This document shows positions 19,257 through 28,300 of a DNA stretch of 64,000 nt, one piece after another. The translations under genes were made by a program, and so were the position numbers. The stretch's first letter is position 1, and every line of letters begins with the position of its first letter. The stretch comes from an archaeon (GTDB taxonomy: Archaea > Nanobdellota > Nanobdellia > Pacearchaeales > GW2011-AR1): the NCBI GenBank assembly GCA_018697295.1, contig JABHTJ010000001.1:66305-130304 (forward strand). The letters run 5' to 3'. The notes beneath the pieces were generated by a model, which was not told the DNA's origin, ran no database searches, and worked only from the letters and a program-made list of their open reading frames with translations.

Positions 19257-20285
19257 TTAAAAAACCTCTCCCAATAAAAAGAATGCTATCAAAATAAAAA
19301 TTATCTGAAATGCATGGATCAAGTAAGTTACTTTTTTCTCCGTCGCTCCAATAGAGTTTCCTCTTGGTTTTGCACTAAATCCATTCAAGATATAAATTGC
19401 CAAATGCTCAAGCCCATAAATTTTATCATATGGCATGTGAAGACTTCCATTTTTTTGAGGGGTTCCAAATGACTGCTTAATGAGCCCTCCGCGAACTTTC
19501 AAGATAACCTCTAAAATATATGGAATGAAAATAATTATCGCAACTTTTTCAAAATTTCCAAGAATTGCCATGCCAGCAATAAGGGCCCCAATAGAATAGG
19601 TCATCATATCTCCTGGGAAAACTTTTGCAGGAACTTTATTATAATAGTAAAAAACAAGAAGTGATGCAACCATACAAAGTCCAACAACGGCAAGCCATGC
19701 AGATCCAGTAATATATGAAACAAAGGATAAAAAAGACAAAATTAAAATTCCTTGACCTGCTTCAAGTCCATTATAGCCTGCTAAAAAATTATAAGTTGTA
19801 CTAGCACCTGCAATTCCAACAGGAATTAAGATTAGGGGATATAAGATGCCAAGATTAGTAACTCCAATAAAAGGTAAACTAATGCTATGAGTACCGGCAC
19901 TAATAACTACTAATGGGATTGAAGCAATAAATGCCATAAATGTTCGAAATCTTCGAGAAAGTCCGCCATTTTTCCACCCGAACAAATCATCCACAAGACC
20001 GACAATTCCTAAAATAAGAATAACTCCAATTAATGAAAAGATTTCAAGCGCATGAATCGTCCCACCAAACAAAAAAGTTTTAAGAGCAACATAAACAAGA
20101 ACTGATAAGATAAATGCCATTATCACGACGACACCGCCACTACTTGCAACATTTTTCGGCCGATTAAACTTATTCATATCTTCCCAAACAAGGCCATCAA
20201 GACGACATTTGGCAATCCATTCGGGCATTGCGAGTGCAGTAACTAGAAAACTCGTCGCAATTGCAATCAAAAGTAAATATTCCAT
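19257..20285 (-). CDS. Polyprenyl-phosphate HexNAc-1-phosphate transferase (MraY/WecA/GPT family, AglH-like)
   Basis: Polytopic membrane protein with a GLVDDLFG motif and NFLAGYNGLEAG. Confidence 0.8.
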   Translation of the reverse strand: MEYLLLIAIATSFLVTALAMPEWIAKCRLDGLVWEDMNKFNRPKNVASSGGVVVIMAFILSVLVYVALKTFLFGGTIHALEIFSLIGVILILGIVGLVDDLFGWKNGGLSRRFRTFMAFIASIPLVVISAGTHSISLPFIGVTNLGILYPLILIPVGIAGASTTYNFLAGYNGLEAGQGILILSFLSFVSYITGSAWLAVVGLCMVASLLVFYYYNKVPAKVFPGDMMTYSIGALIAGMAILGNFEKVAIIIFIPYILEVILKVRGGLIKQSFGTPQKNGSLHMPYDKIYGLEHLAIYILNGFSAKPRGNSIGATEKKVTYLIHAFQIIFILIAFFLLGEVF

Positions 20286-20338
20286 AGAAAATCGACGAAA
20301 TCTCTCCTTAAAAGATTTATTATAGTCTAATTAACTCT

Positions 20339-21199
20339 CTAAAATAACAATGGAGTAACATAAACTTCCATCAAAGCAGCAATGAAAAGAATTCCAATAG
20401 CAATAATTATCAAAAGTAGCGAATCTTGTAAAATTCTCCATTTACTCTCGCCATGCAAATCTTTTCGAATAACTGCAACTGATAAAATCCCTCCGGCTAA
20501 GGCTCCAACAAAATAAGCGCTAATTTCTGGAAGGCCATGGAACATATATCGTGTAAGTGCAAGTGGGAGCGCAGCAACAGATTTTTTTGCAAAAATTCCC
20601 ATCGCAGCTGCAATCACTGTCGCGTTCCAAACCAAAATAAACATTGCTCCAGCACCAAATGCTAGCGAAAGTAAAATTGTAAAAATAAGCACAAAAATAT
20701 TATTTGCAAAAATACTTTTAACAGCTTCTCCTCCAGTAACAACGGCAGTTGCAACGGGAACTCCATGACTATCTAAACAATATTCATAATTCGAAGGACT
20801 ATTAATTGCACAAAATGTTTTAATCTGAAAATTAAAATTTTGTGCAGATTGATCCGGGAGTACAGAATACCAAAAAGAAAATGCGACAATAAATCCAATA
20901 AATAGCCACATTAGTGCGTGAATTGCTTTAGAGTGCTCTTTAATCAGCCTACCGGTATTATCAATTTCAATGTCTTTTCCTTCCTCAAGTTTAATAATAT
21001 AATACATGAAAGGAAGACAAGTAATCACTGTAAATATCACAACTAAAAGTCCACTTCCTTCTTTTAAGACAGTGTCCTTTCCAAAAACAAATGAAACTAA
21101 GAGTAACGAAACTGATGCCCAAAAAGCACCGACAAAAAACATTTCCCACGGACGCCTCTCAGCCCGCTTCGGTTTCATAATAAGTTCAATCATCTTCAA
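20339..21199 (-). CDS. SpoIIM-like (DUF95) integral membrane protein
   Basis: FHGLPEISAYFVGALAGG motif and a multi-TM layout. Confidence 0.55.
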   Translation of the reverse strand: MKMIELIMKPKRAERRPWEMFFVGAFWASVSLLLVSFVFGKDTVLKEGSGLLVVIFTVITCLPFMYYIIKLEEGKDIEIDNTGRLIKEHSKAIHALMWLFIGFIVAFSFWYSVLPDQSAQNFNFQIKTFCAINSPSNYEYCLDSHGVPVATAVVTGGEAVKSIFANNIFVLIFTILLSLAFGAGAMFILVWNATVIAAAMGIFAKKSVAALPLALTRYMFHGLPEISAYFVGALAGGILSVAVIRKDLHGESKWRILQDSLLLIIIAIGILFIAALMEVYVTPLLF

Positions 21200-21269
21200 T
21201 AAATTCCTCTTAATACTCTCAAGGAAATTATCTATATAAAGTTATTGAGAAATAAATAATTTTGAAGTG

Positions 21270-21635
21270 TCAGCGAAGGGCAAACTTAGAATATTTTGAG
21301 CTGCCCAATAAATATTCTTCGAACTCTTCCATATTTTTCCACAATAGTTTAAATGAATCTCCGGCACCATATTTTTCACAATTTTCACTAGAGTAGTCTC
21401 GGCAAATTTGCGGACGCGTTTTATAAATTCCACAAAGGTTTCCATTTAACTTTTCGCAAGGAGTATTGAATTGAATGTTCCAAGAGTTATCATGGTCGAT
21501 AAAAATCCAAACATCCTTATGAACTAAAAACCATTTAATCTGGTCAAAATCTTTTTGGTCCTCGGGCTTATCAATTTCCATTGCCACATAACGACAACAT
21601 TTGCTACAGCCTTGACAAGGATTATCTGCTTCCAT
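21270..21635 (-). CDS. YkgJ-family CxxCxxCC cysteine-cluster protein
   Basis: CQGCSKCCRY near the N-terminus and a second Cys group CGIYKTRPQICRDY. Confidence 0.65.
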   Translation of the reverse strand: MEADNPCQGCSKCCRYVAMEIDKPEDQKDFDQIKWFLVHKDVWIFIDHDNSWNIQFNTPCEKLNGNLCGIYKTRPQICRDYSSENCEKYGAGDSFKLLWKNMEEFEEYLLGSSKYSKFALR

Positions 21636-21677
21636 CGATAAAATGGGTAAAAAGCGTTTTTAAATTTTTGTGAAAAA

Positions 21678-22082
21678 TTAAGCCATCTTGAAAACTTTTC
21701 TAAAAACCATGCTAGAGGCGATACTAAAAGCAAAATAATATGTAAGCCATCCGCCCCAACCTTCGCCAAGAAGAGGAATATACATTTGACGAATCCAATA
21801 AAACAAGGCAAAAAATGGAATGATCGTAACAAACATTGGGCGCATCGACGATTTAAACATGACTCCGGTAAGTTTCATTAACTCAAGGTTAAGTTCTTTG
21901 AGTAAATTCTCATCCTTACAACCCTTCAACTCTTTTTGAATTTCTTTTTGTCGAATCTTCAATTGTTTAAGATGTTCCTGGTTTGTCATCCACTTATGGA
22001 TAAGTGTCGATACAAAAGTCACAACAATTGTAATCATCAAAAGAGAAACTTTAGGATTAGCATTAATAAATTCGGTCACCAT
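21678..22082 (-). CDS. DUF106 / EMC3-TMCO1-like membrane protein (archaeal Oxa1/YidC-superfamily candidate)
   Basis: The listed start is TTG, and the ATG at 22082 was preferred. TM1, then a coiled K/E-rich loop (QLKIRQKEIQKELK), then 2 TM. Conserved position downstream of secY. Confidence 0.6.
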   Translation of the reverse strand: MVTEFINANPKVSLLMITIVVTFVSTLIHKWMTNQEHLKQLKIRQKEIQKELKGCKDENLLKELNLELMKLTGVMFKSSMRPMFVTIIPFFALFYWIRQMYIPLLGEGWGGWLTYYFAFSIASSMVFRKVFKMA

Positions 22083-22121
22083 ATTCAATTAATTATATTA
22101 TTCATTTTAAATGTATCTTTT

Positions 22122-23486
22122 CTATTGTCCAAAGAATCCTCGAAGAGCAGGGTTCATATCCACAGCGTGTTGTTGAGCAATATTTTGGTATAATTGGTAT
22201 AAAATCATAATCACTAAAAGGATTGCAGTTCCACCAACAAGAGCTCCAAGCAAGTTCGCAACCGACGCTAAAATACCAATCGCTGCACCACCCATAATCG
22301 TCAAAGGTCCGACATATCGCTTCAAAATTGATTCTAAGACTCGCTCATCTTTTCTAAATCCTGGCATGCTCATTCCAGAATTAACAATTTTATTTGCTTG
22401 GCTTCGTGCATCTTGTCCAGATGTTTGAACCCAAAAGAATGAAAACAAAACCGAGAATACAGTATAGAATAAAACATGGAAAAATGCTTGGCCTGCGTAA
22501 ACCCACCTAAAGCTTCCAGTAATAATCGTTTCTAAAATTGGAGTAGAATTAATCCAATACGCAATTCCTGAAATTGGCTGTCCGCTTGAAAAAGCTCCTA
22601 AAAATGTTCCATGTCCAAGCCAGTTTTCAAGTAATGAACCAAATAATTGCAAGTTAGCGACAAGAGCAGAAACTAAAATAACTGGAATAACTCCTGCATA
22701 GAAAAATTGTAATGGCCATTTAACTGAATGTCCTCGGATCCTATCATACGCTAATGGAATTTCGACTTTCAAACTTTGTGCGAATACAACAATCAAGAAT
22801 AAAATAATCGTAGTAATAATTGGAAAGATTGCCTTCATAGCTCCAGTTCCATCACCAATCATAATAGAGGCAACAAGTGCAAGAACTTTCCCACTTGCCT
22901 CAAATGTTCCTTGTGTTCCAATAAACTGGAATAGTTGTGCAAAAAGTCTCCATCCAATTCCACCGGCGATGAAAAGCGAAACTCCACTACCAAATCCCCA
23001 TTTTTGGATAACTTCATCCATAAATATAATTAAAAAACCACCAATACATAATTGAAAGATCACAAGACCTGTAAATCCTGGCTCTGCCGCAATTCCCTTC
23101 ATTAAAACATATACCATTGCTTCAAAAATCACAAAAGCAAATGCAAGAAGTTTTTGCATTCCTTGAAAAAATTTCTTTCCTTCTGCTGAATTTGTGTCAA
23201 TGTTCAAAATCTGTGCCCCTGTCAAAAGTTGCAGAATAATAGAAGACATAACAATTGGACCAATACCTAATGTAATAATCGAACCAAAACTAGTCCCCAG
23301 TAAAATAGCTAAATATTCAAACCGAGAAAGACTTCCTTCACTAATTCCAAATAAAGAGATGTTTGATAAAATAAAATAGAAAACCAAAATTGCAAGAGTC
23401 CACTTTAATTTAACATTGAAACTAATCTTCTTTTCAGTAGGTCCTCGAACTTCAGGAAGGTTATGCAATAAATCTCTAAATCCCAT
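22122..23486 (-). CDS. secY: Preprotein translocase subunit SecY
   Basis: 454 aa, 10-TM pattern. N-terminal LPEVRGPTEKKISFNVKLKWT is typical of archaeal SecY. Lies downstream of the r-protein operon. Confidence 0.92.
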   Translation of the reverse strand: MGFRDLLHNLPEVRGPTEKKISFNVKLKWTLAILVFYFILSNISLFGISEGSLSRFEYLAILLGTSFGSIITLGIGPIVMSSIILQLLTGAQILNIDTNSAEGKKFFQGMQKLLAFAFVIFEAMVYVLMKGIAAEPGFTGLVIFQLCIGGFLIIFMDEVIQKWGFGSGVSLFIAGGIGWRLFAQLFQFIGTQGTFEASGKVLALVASIMIGDGTGAMKAIFPIITTIILFLIVVFAQSLKVEIPLAYDRIRGHSVKWPLQFFYAGVIPVILVSALVANLQLFGSLLENWLGHGTFLGAFSSGQPISGIAYWINSTPILETIITGSFRWVYAGQAFFHVLFYTVFSVLFSFFWVQTSGQDARSQANKIVNSGMSMPGFRKDERVLESILKRYVGPLTIMGGAAIGILASVANLLGALVGGTAILLVIMILYQLYQNIAQQHAVDMNPALRGFFGQ

Positions 23487-23507
23487 ACCTATATTTCATA
23501 AATTTTG

Positions 23508-23516
23508 TTTATAAAG
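23508..23516 (-). promoter_or_regulatory. TATA box candidate for secY
   Basis: The minus strand reads CCCCCTCACAAAACTTTATAAACAAAA. The TATA centre is about 26 nt upstream of the secY ATG (short or no leader). Confidence 0.4.
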
Positions 23517-23570
23517 TTTTGTGAGGGGGCAATAAATAAAAATATTTTTATTAAAAATAATCCATGAAGA

Positions 23571-24191
23571 TTATTTCAATGGTCTTAGGACTTTTCTTTT
23601 TCGATTATTTTTGCTAAAAACTTCTGATAAAATAACAAGGATAATGAGAAGTATAACTATTATAATTCCAAGAAGAAGTGCTAAATTCCTATTTCCCTTT
23701 GGTTGTTCAGTTTCAATAACTGGAATCGCAGCAGTAACTTCTGAAGAGTCTTTTATGATGACCGGAAACTCAACGTCATAGTTTACTCCAATTGAAAGTG
23801 TATCTCCAGATTCTTCAGAAATCGAATTAATCGAAAATCTCACTAGGTATTCAGTTTCAAGAACTGCAGATTCCGGAATAACAATTTTTAATTTAACATT
23901 AGCATCCGAACTTCCAAAAGGAACTTCATATATTTCCCCACTAATAATCTCTGCAATCTCTCCACTTTCTTCTAGGATAACTAATACTTCTACATCTCCT
24001 TCCTCGCAGAGTTCTGAAAGCGAAGGACAATTCTGCAAATTAAATAATACTTCTCTTTCTTGACCTGCATGCATAAGAAGAGGTTTACTCTTGTGAAACG
24101 GCGTGCTTATCCCAAGAGAAGATGCTAAAGTTCCACCAACTAAGATTAAGATAAGAAAAACTAAAACTGTTTTTATATTCCGACTATCCAT
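23571..24191 (-). CDS. Secreted surface protein with N-terminal signal peptide and C-terminal TM anchor plus basic tail
   Basis: N-terminal VLVFLILILVGGTLASS. C-terminal NRNLALLLGIIIVILLIILVILSEVF followed by KNNRKRK. Confidence 0.4.
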   Translation of the reverse strand: MDSRNIKTVLVFLILILVGGTLASSLGISTPFHKSKPLLMHAGQEREVLFNLQNCPSLSELCEEGDVEVLVILEESGEIAEIISGEIYEVPFGSSDANVKLKIVIPESAVLETEYLVRFSINSISEESGDTLSIGVNYDVEFPVIIKDSSEVTAAIPVIETEQPKGNRNLALLLGIIIVILLIILVILSEVFSKNNRKRKVLRPLK

Positions 24192-25069
24192 GAGTTTCCC
24201 GTTACGCCTCCGCTCGCTATATAAGTTTGTGCACTAATCTCTGGAACAAGAGGGATACAAAATGCAATTCCTCCCTCGTCACTTCCAACAGTTACACCAT
24301 CGTAACGTGGAAGAACAATCGTTGTTCCAACAGAGGTATCATTAATCAATGCAGTCCCAGTAGAACAAACATCAACAAAATTGCCTATATCGTCTGCATT
24401 AAAGTCTGCAGCAGAAATCAATTCTAAAGGATTTACTTGGCCAATAAGGTCAAGTCCAGTAATAGACACGGCCCCGTCCTGAGCAGTTTCAAAATTACCG
24501 TGATTAGTAATTATCACATTATTCAAAGTTACATTTTCTTGTCCAGGATCAACTGAACCAAAATTAATCGTTGCAGGAGAAAGGGTAATATCTTTCAACA
24601 AATTCGGCGTGGTTGTCTGAGTTGAATCGGAGGCAACCAGCCCACTTAAATCTTGGACACTTACCATCACAGTCCATAAATCATCAGTATCATAGTATTC
24701 CATATCCACATTACAATTAAATGTTCTTCTTTTCCCAATTGATGAAACTATATCACATGAAGCATCAATTCTCTCTTGTTCTCCTGCTCGCGTAATGGTT
24801 GCATTTCCCAAAACCATATCCTTACCACCATTTCTATCTCGTCCAGTAAAATTAAACGTCACTGTCGAAGTAGTTCCTGCAAGCAAGACAACATTGGCCG
24901 GGACATTATCTACAGACTCAATAACTGGAGGCAGATTTCGAACATGAATATTAACGTCTTGATATCCTCCAGGAGCTAAAAATAATCCAGGTTCTTGAAA
25001 ATAAAAGAAAAGTTGCAAACCTAATACTACAAACAATAAGACTAGTAAAATCTTCTTTCCCTTTTTCAT
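24173..25069 (-). CDS. Secreted protein, probably two beta-sandwich (Ig-like) domains
   Basis: N-terminal KKILLVLLFVVLGLQLFF signal/anchor. T/S/N/V-rich beta-type sequence with no family recognised. Confidence 0.35.
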   Translation of the reverse strand: MKKGKKILLVLLFVVLGLQLFFYFQEPGLFLAPGGYQDVNIHVRNLPPVIESVDNVPANVVLLAGTTSTVTFNFTGRDRNGGKDMVLGNATITRAGEQERIDASCDIVSSIGKRRTFNCNVDMEYYDTDDLWTVMVSVQDLSGLVASDSTQTTTPNLLKDITLSPATINFGSVDPGQENVTLNNVIITNHGNFETAQDGAVSITGLDLIGQVNPLELISAADFNADDIGNFVDVCSTGTALINDTSVGTTIVLPRYDGVTVGSDEGGIAFCIPLVPEISAQTYIASGGVTGNSWIVGI

Positions 25070-25147
25070 AATTCAAGAAAGTATTTACATTATATAAATA
25101 TTTCTTTAATCAAATAAACTTTTAAAGATTAAATTCCATAAAACCTC

Positions 25148-26503
25148 ATGAAAGAGCCGATCAATAAATATTATGTCATTGGGGGTGTAGTATTTTCATT
25201 AGCAATTTTAGTTGTCTTAATAGTTTTTATTGTAGGTTCAGATCAAGCTCAGGAAAGTCCATTAAGATTCAATCATACAACCGGCAATCTTCCAAAAAAT
25301 GCAACTAAGATTCCTCCTGTAATTTTGCCCGGAAATCCAATAATTTCGTATCAATATGTAGTCAATCCAACAACTTACAATCGTAGTTTAAAGTTTATTT
25401 ATTGTCAAGATGGTGGTTGCGTTAATCAAAATAATCCAATAACTTTAGAAGACGCAACAACACTTTCGACAAAAAATTCCATTGCACTTGGTTCAGACGG
25501 CTTCCCAGTTATTGCAGCTTATCATCTTCCTTCTGGGACCTCATTTGACGCAAAAGTAAATTTCATACATTGCACCTCTCCGGACTGTTCAACTCGTGAT
25601 CCTAACGTTGCCCTCGGGGGTTATGTTGCAGCCTCTTCGAATATTGAAGTGGCTATCGGTTCAGACGGCTTCCCGGCAATTATTTATTCTTCAAGCAACG
25701 CAAATCCCCAAGGAAGGGGTCTAAGATATATTCATTGTAACTCTCTAGACTGTAGCTCATTTAATCCTCCTGTTTTGTTAGATGGAACTTATACTTTCAC
25801 AGGGAATGAGAATAGTTTGGCTATCGGTTCAGACGGTCTTCCAGTAATTGTTTTCCAACATGCATATGATATTTACTGGAACTCGACATTAGATTTTATC
25901 CATTGTAACAATGTGAATTGTTCTTCGACCTCTCCATACAAAATTTTGGATGCTGGTGGAAACGGCACTTCAGAAAAATGGGTGCCTGGAAAAAATCCAC
26001 ATATCTCTATTGGTTCAGACGGCTTCCCAATAATAAACTATCATTCTGAACATTATATTAACAGCAACAATCGGACAAATTATTTGAGGACTATTCATTG
26101 TAATGACATTCTCTGTAATTCTGTTGGTCAGATAATTGATTTAGATTCTGAAACAGGATACTTGTATGAACGAACATCTTCGATGGATATTCGTCCAAAC
26201 GGATTCCCCGTAATTTCATACGCTCTTGGAAATGATTCTGGTGTCAAGTATATTCACTGTAATTCAATAGACTGCAGTTCTTTTAATCCTCCTGTAATCG
26301 TAACTCCTTTGGGAAATAGTGTGATGCAAAGTTCAATAAAAATTGGTTTAGATGGAAAACCATTAATGACATATATGGATTATACTCTCGGAAATTTAAT
26401 GATGGTTCATTGTAAAAATGTATTTTGCAGTTCTACTGATGCACCAGTTATCCTCGACAATAGCGGAAGTCACTGGGGATATAACTCTTTAGCAATTAGT
26501 TAA
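25148..26503 (+). CDS. Secreted/anchored repeat protein: seven ~55-aa repeats, each with a C-x4-C pair and a GSDGFP-type motif (beta-propeller-like)
   Basis: Seven [FY]I[HY]C-x4-C units (YCQDGGC, HCTSPDC, HCNSLDC, HCNNVNC, HCNDILC, HCNSIDC, HCKNVFC). They alternate with six [IL]G[SL]DG[FLK]P units plus a degenerate N-terminal LPGNPIISY. N-terminal TM/signal. Confidence 0.55.
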   Translation: MKEPINKYYVIGGVVFSLAILVVLIVFIVGSDQAQESPLRFNHTTGNLPKNATKIPPVILPGNPIISYQYVVNPTTYNRSLKFIYCQDGGCVNQNNPITLEDATTLSTKNSIALGSDGFPVIAAYHLPSGTSFDAKVNFIHCTSPDCSTRDPNVALGGYVAASSNIEVAIGSDGFPAIIYSSSNANPQGRGLRYIHCNSLDCSSFNPPVLLDGTYTFTGNENSLAIGSDGLPVIVFQHAYDIYWNSTLDFIHCNNVNCSSTSPYKILDAGGNGTSEKWVPGKNPHISIGSDGFPIINYHSEHYINSNNRTNYLRTIHCNDILCNSVGQIIDLDSETGYLYERTSSMDIRPNGFPVISYALGNDSGVKYIHCNSIDCSSFNPPVIVTPLGNSVMQSSIKIGLDGKPLMTYMDYTLGNLMMVHCKNVFCSSTDAPVILDNSGSHWGYNSLAIS

Positions 26504-26576
26504 TATTACATAAAAATTACATAATAATTTGAAAAATAGTTTATGCTTTAATAGATTAAATAAATTTTAAAAATAA

Positions 26577-27053
26577 TTACTCTTTAGCTTCTTCAGCTTT
26601 CTTTTCCTTAACGACATATTGCTTAACAGATTTTTTCTCTCCGGCCAAAATAATTTTACCGCCGGCCTTTTCCATTTTAGCAATTGCAGTTTTACTCGCA
26701 CTCATTGCAGTAATTTCTGCCTTGAATCCTTCACCGACTCCAAGAATTTTATATTTTTTCAATTCAATTTTTACATTATCTTTCGTAAACAAATTCTCTT
26801 TAATCATTGACAAATTCATAGTATTAACTCTCTTTCTCTCAGTTCCTTTAGAAGTAATTCCTTGTTTACCAAAATATCTATTTTTCTTATCTCCTTTTTT
26901 CACCGGAACTTTCTTATGATCTCCTCGCTTTCCAGTTCCAGCCATTCCAAAACCACCTTTATTTCCATGACCTTTATGTTTCTGTCTAAATCCCCAACCT
27001 GCCGTCTTGCTTCCTCTTAATCGAGAAGTCTTTGGTCTCTTGTGTGTTTTCAT
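26577..27053 (-). CDS. rpl15p: Ribosomal protein uL15
   Basis: RLRGSKTAGWGFRQKHKGHGNKGG. Last gene of the r-protein operon. Confidence 0.9.
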   Translation of the reverse strand: MKTHKRPKTSRLRGSKTAGWGFRQKHKGHGNKGGFGMAGTGKRGDHKKVPVKKGDKKNRYFGKQGITSKGTERKRVNTMNLSMIKENLFTKDNVKIELKKYKILGVGEGFKAEITAMSASKTAIAKMEKAGGKIILAGEKKSVKQYVVKEKKAEEAKE

Positions 27054-27400
27054 TACAACATCCTCTCTGCTAATTTAACAATTTCTTTATTATTCCCCAA
27101 AATTCCTTTTGGAGCTGCAACTTTAGAACTTTTCTTAAATCCGCCTCGTGGAGGATGTAAGAAATAAATTCCTTCTTTTGCAGGTCGTTTATTATTAAGT
27201 TCAGATACAAACGATTCATCGACGCTACCATAAACAACTTTGTGCGCAACAGATTTAACCATTCCAAAAACTACTGTGTCTTCTGAATCAATAATCCTTG
27301 CAGTAAATTTTCTATTAAGTTTTAATCGCTTCATAGTTTCATTATCTTTAATCTTATTTTTCACTTGTCCAGCAATACGAATAACCAATATTTGTGCCAT
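27053..27400 (-). CDS. rpl30p: Ribosomal protein uL30
   Basis: LVIRIAGQV, FLHPPRGGF and operon position. 1-nt overlaps on both sides. Confidence 0.85.
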   Translation of the reverse strand: MAQILVIRIAGQVKNKIKDNETMKRLKLNRKFTARIIDSEDTVVFGMVKSVAHKVVYGSVDESFVSELNNKRPAKEGIYFLHPPRGGFKKSSKVAAPKGILGNNKEIVKLAERML

Positions 27401-28299
27401 TATAATCTAAGTTCTCCTATTTTTTCTAATGCTTTCATACAGGCTTTTGCCGTATTGAAAGTTGTATTTACTTTTCCAGAACATTTACTATAAACATCTT
27501 TGATCCCAACAAGACGAAGAATTTTTTTCATTTCATCACTAACGACAAGACCTGTTCCTTGTGGTGCGGGCATAAGTTTGATTCTTACAGAAGAACATTT
27601 TCCTTCGACAGTCAATGGAACACTATGGTCTCCATCACATGAACAATCATAACTTCCACAACCTAATTCAATCTTAACTAAATTAAGTTTCGCTTTTCGA
27701 ATTGCCTTTTCTTTTGCAGGCAAGGTTTCACTTGCTCGCCCATATCCGACACCAATATGACCATTAGAGTCTCCAACAACTGCCATAACTCCAAAAGTCA
27801 TAACATTCCCTTCCTTAGTTGCTTTTTGTGTTTGTCGAAATGCTCGTCGCTTTCCACCACCAAATTTACCTTTAGATTGTCCGATAAATAACATATCTGT
27901 TTTCAAACCAGGAATTAATAGGTCTACAATTTGAGGTTCCATGATTTTTTCACATCTCTCAAAAATTTCATCAATATTTTTTACTTTTCCTGCTCGAACG
28001 TCTCGTCCAAGTTGCGTTTTTGGAATCCATGCATCAAGTTTTTCTCGAGCTTCTCGAGCAAATCGGTCTTCTCGACTCTCTCGCTTATATTCTCCTCTAC
28101 CTTCTTCTTTCTTAAATTGTGTATCTGCAGCCTTTGAAACTTTTTCATCTTCTGCTTTTTCCTTAGCTTCAACAACTTCAGACATTTCCTTTAACTGCTT
28201 TTCATCTGTTGGTTCTGTAGAAACTTCTTCAGCTTTTACTTCTTCGACATTCTCAGTTACTTCTTCCATTTTAATTTCCTTATCTTCAGTATTTTCCAT
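27400..28299 (-). CDS. rps5p: Ribosomal protein uS5 with ~85-aa E/K-rich N-terminal extension
   Basis: Core WIPKTQLGR, VVGDSNGHIGVGYGRA and PAPQGTGLV. The N-terminus is low-complexity acidic/basic. Confidence 0.9.
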   Translation of the reverse strand: MENTEDKEIKMEEVTENVEEVKAEEVSTEPTDEKQLKEMSEVVEAKEKAEDEKVSKAADTQFKKEEGRGEYKRESREDRFAREAREKLDAWIPKTQLGRDVRAGKVKNIDEIFERCEKIMEPQIVDLLIPGLKTDMLFIGQSKGKFGGGKRRAFRQTQKATKEGNVMTFGVMAVVGDSNGHIGVGYGRASETLPAKEKAIRKAKLNLVKIELGCGSYDCSCDGDHSVPLTVEGKCSSVRIKLMPAPQGTGLVVSDEMKKILRLVGIKDVYSKCSGKVNTTFNTAKACMKALEKIGELRL

Positions 28300-28300
28300 A

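Noticed and set aside
21242-21832. ORFs 21242-21445 and 21524-21832 on the minus strand
   Set aside because: These are alternate-frame overlaps with the YkgJ-like and DUF106-like genes. They have no motifs, and their hydrophobic or odd composition is typical of out-of-frame reads.
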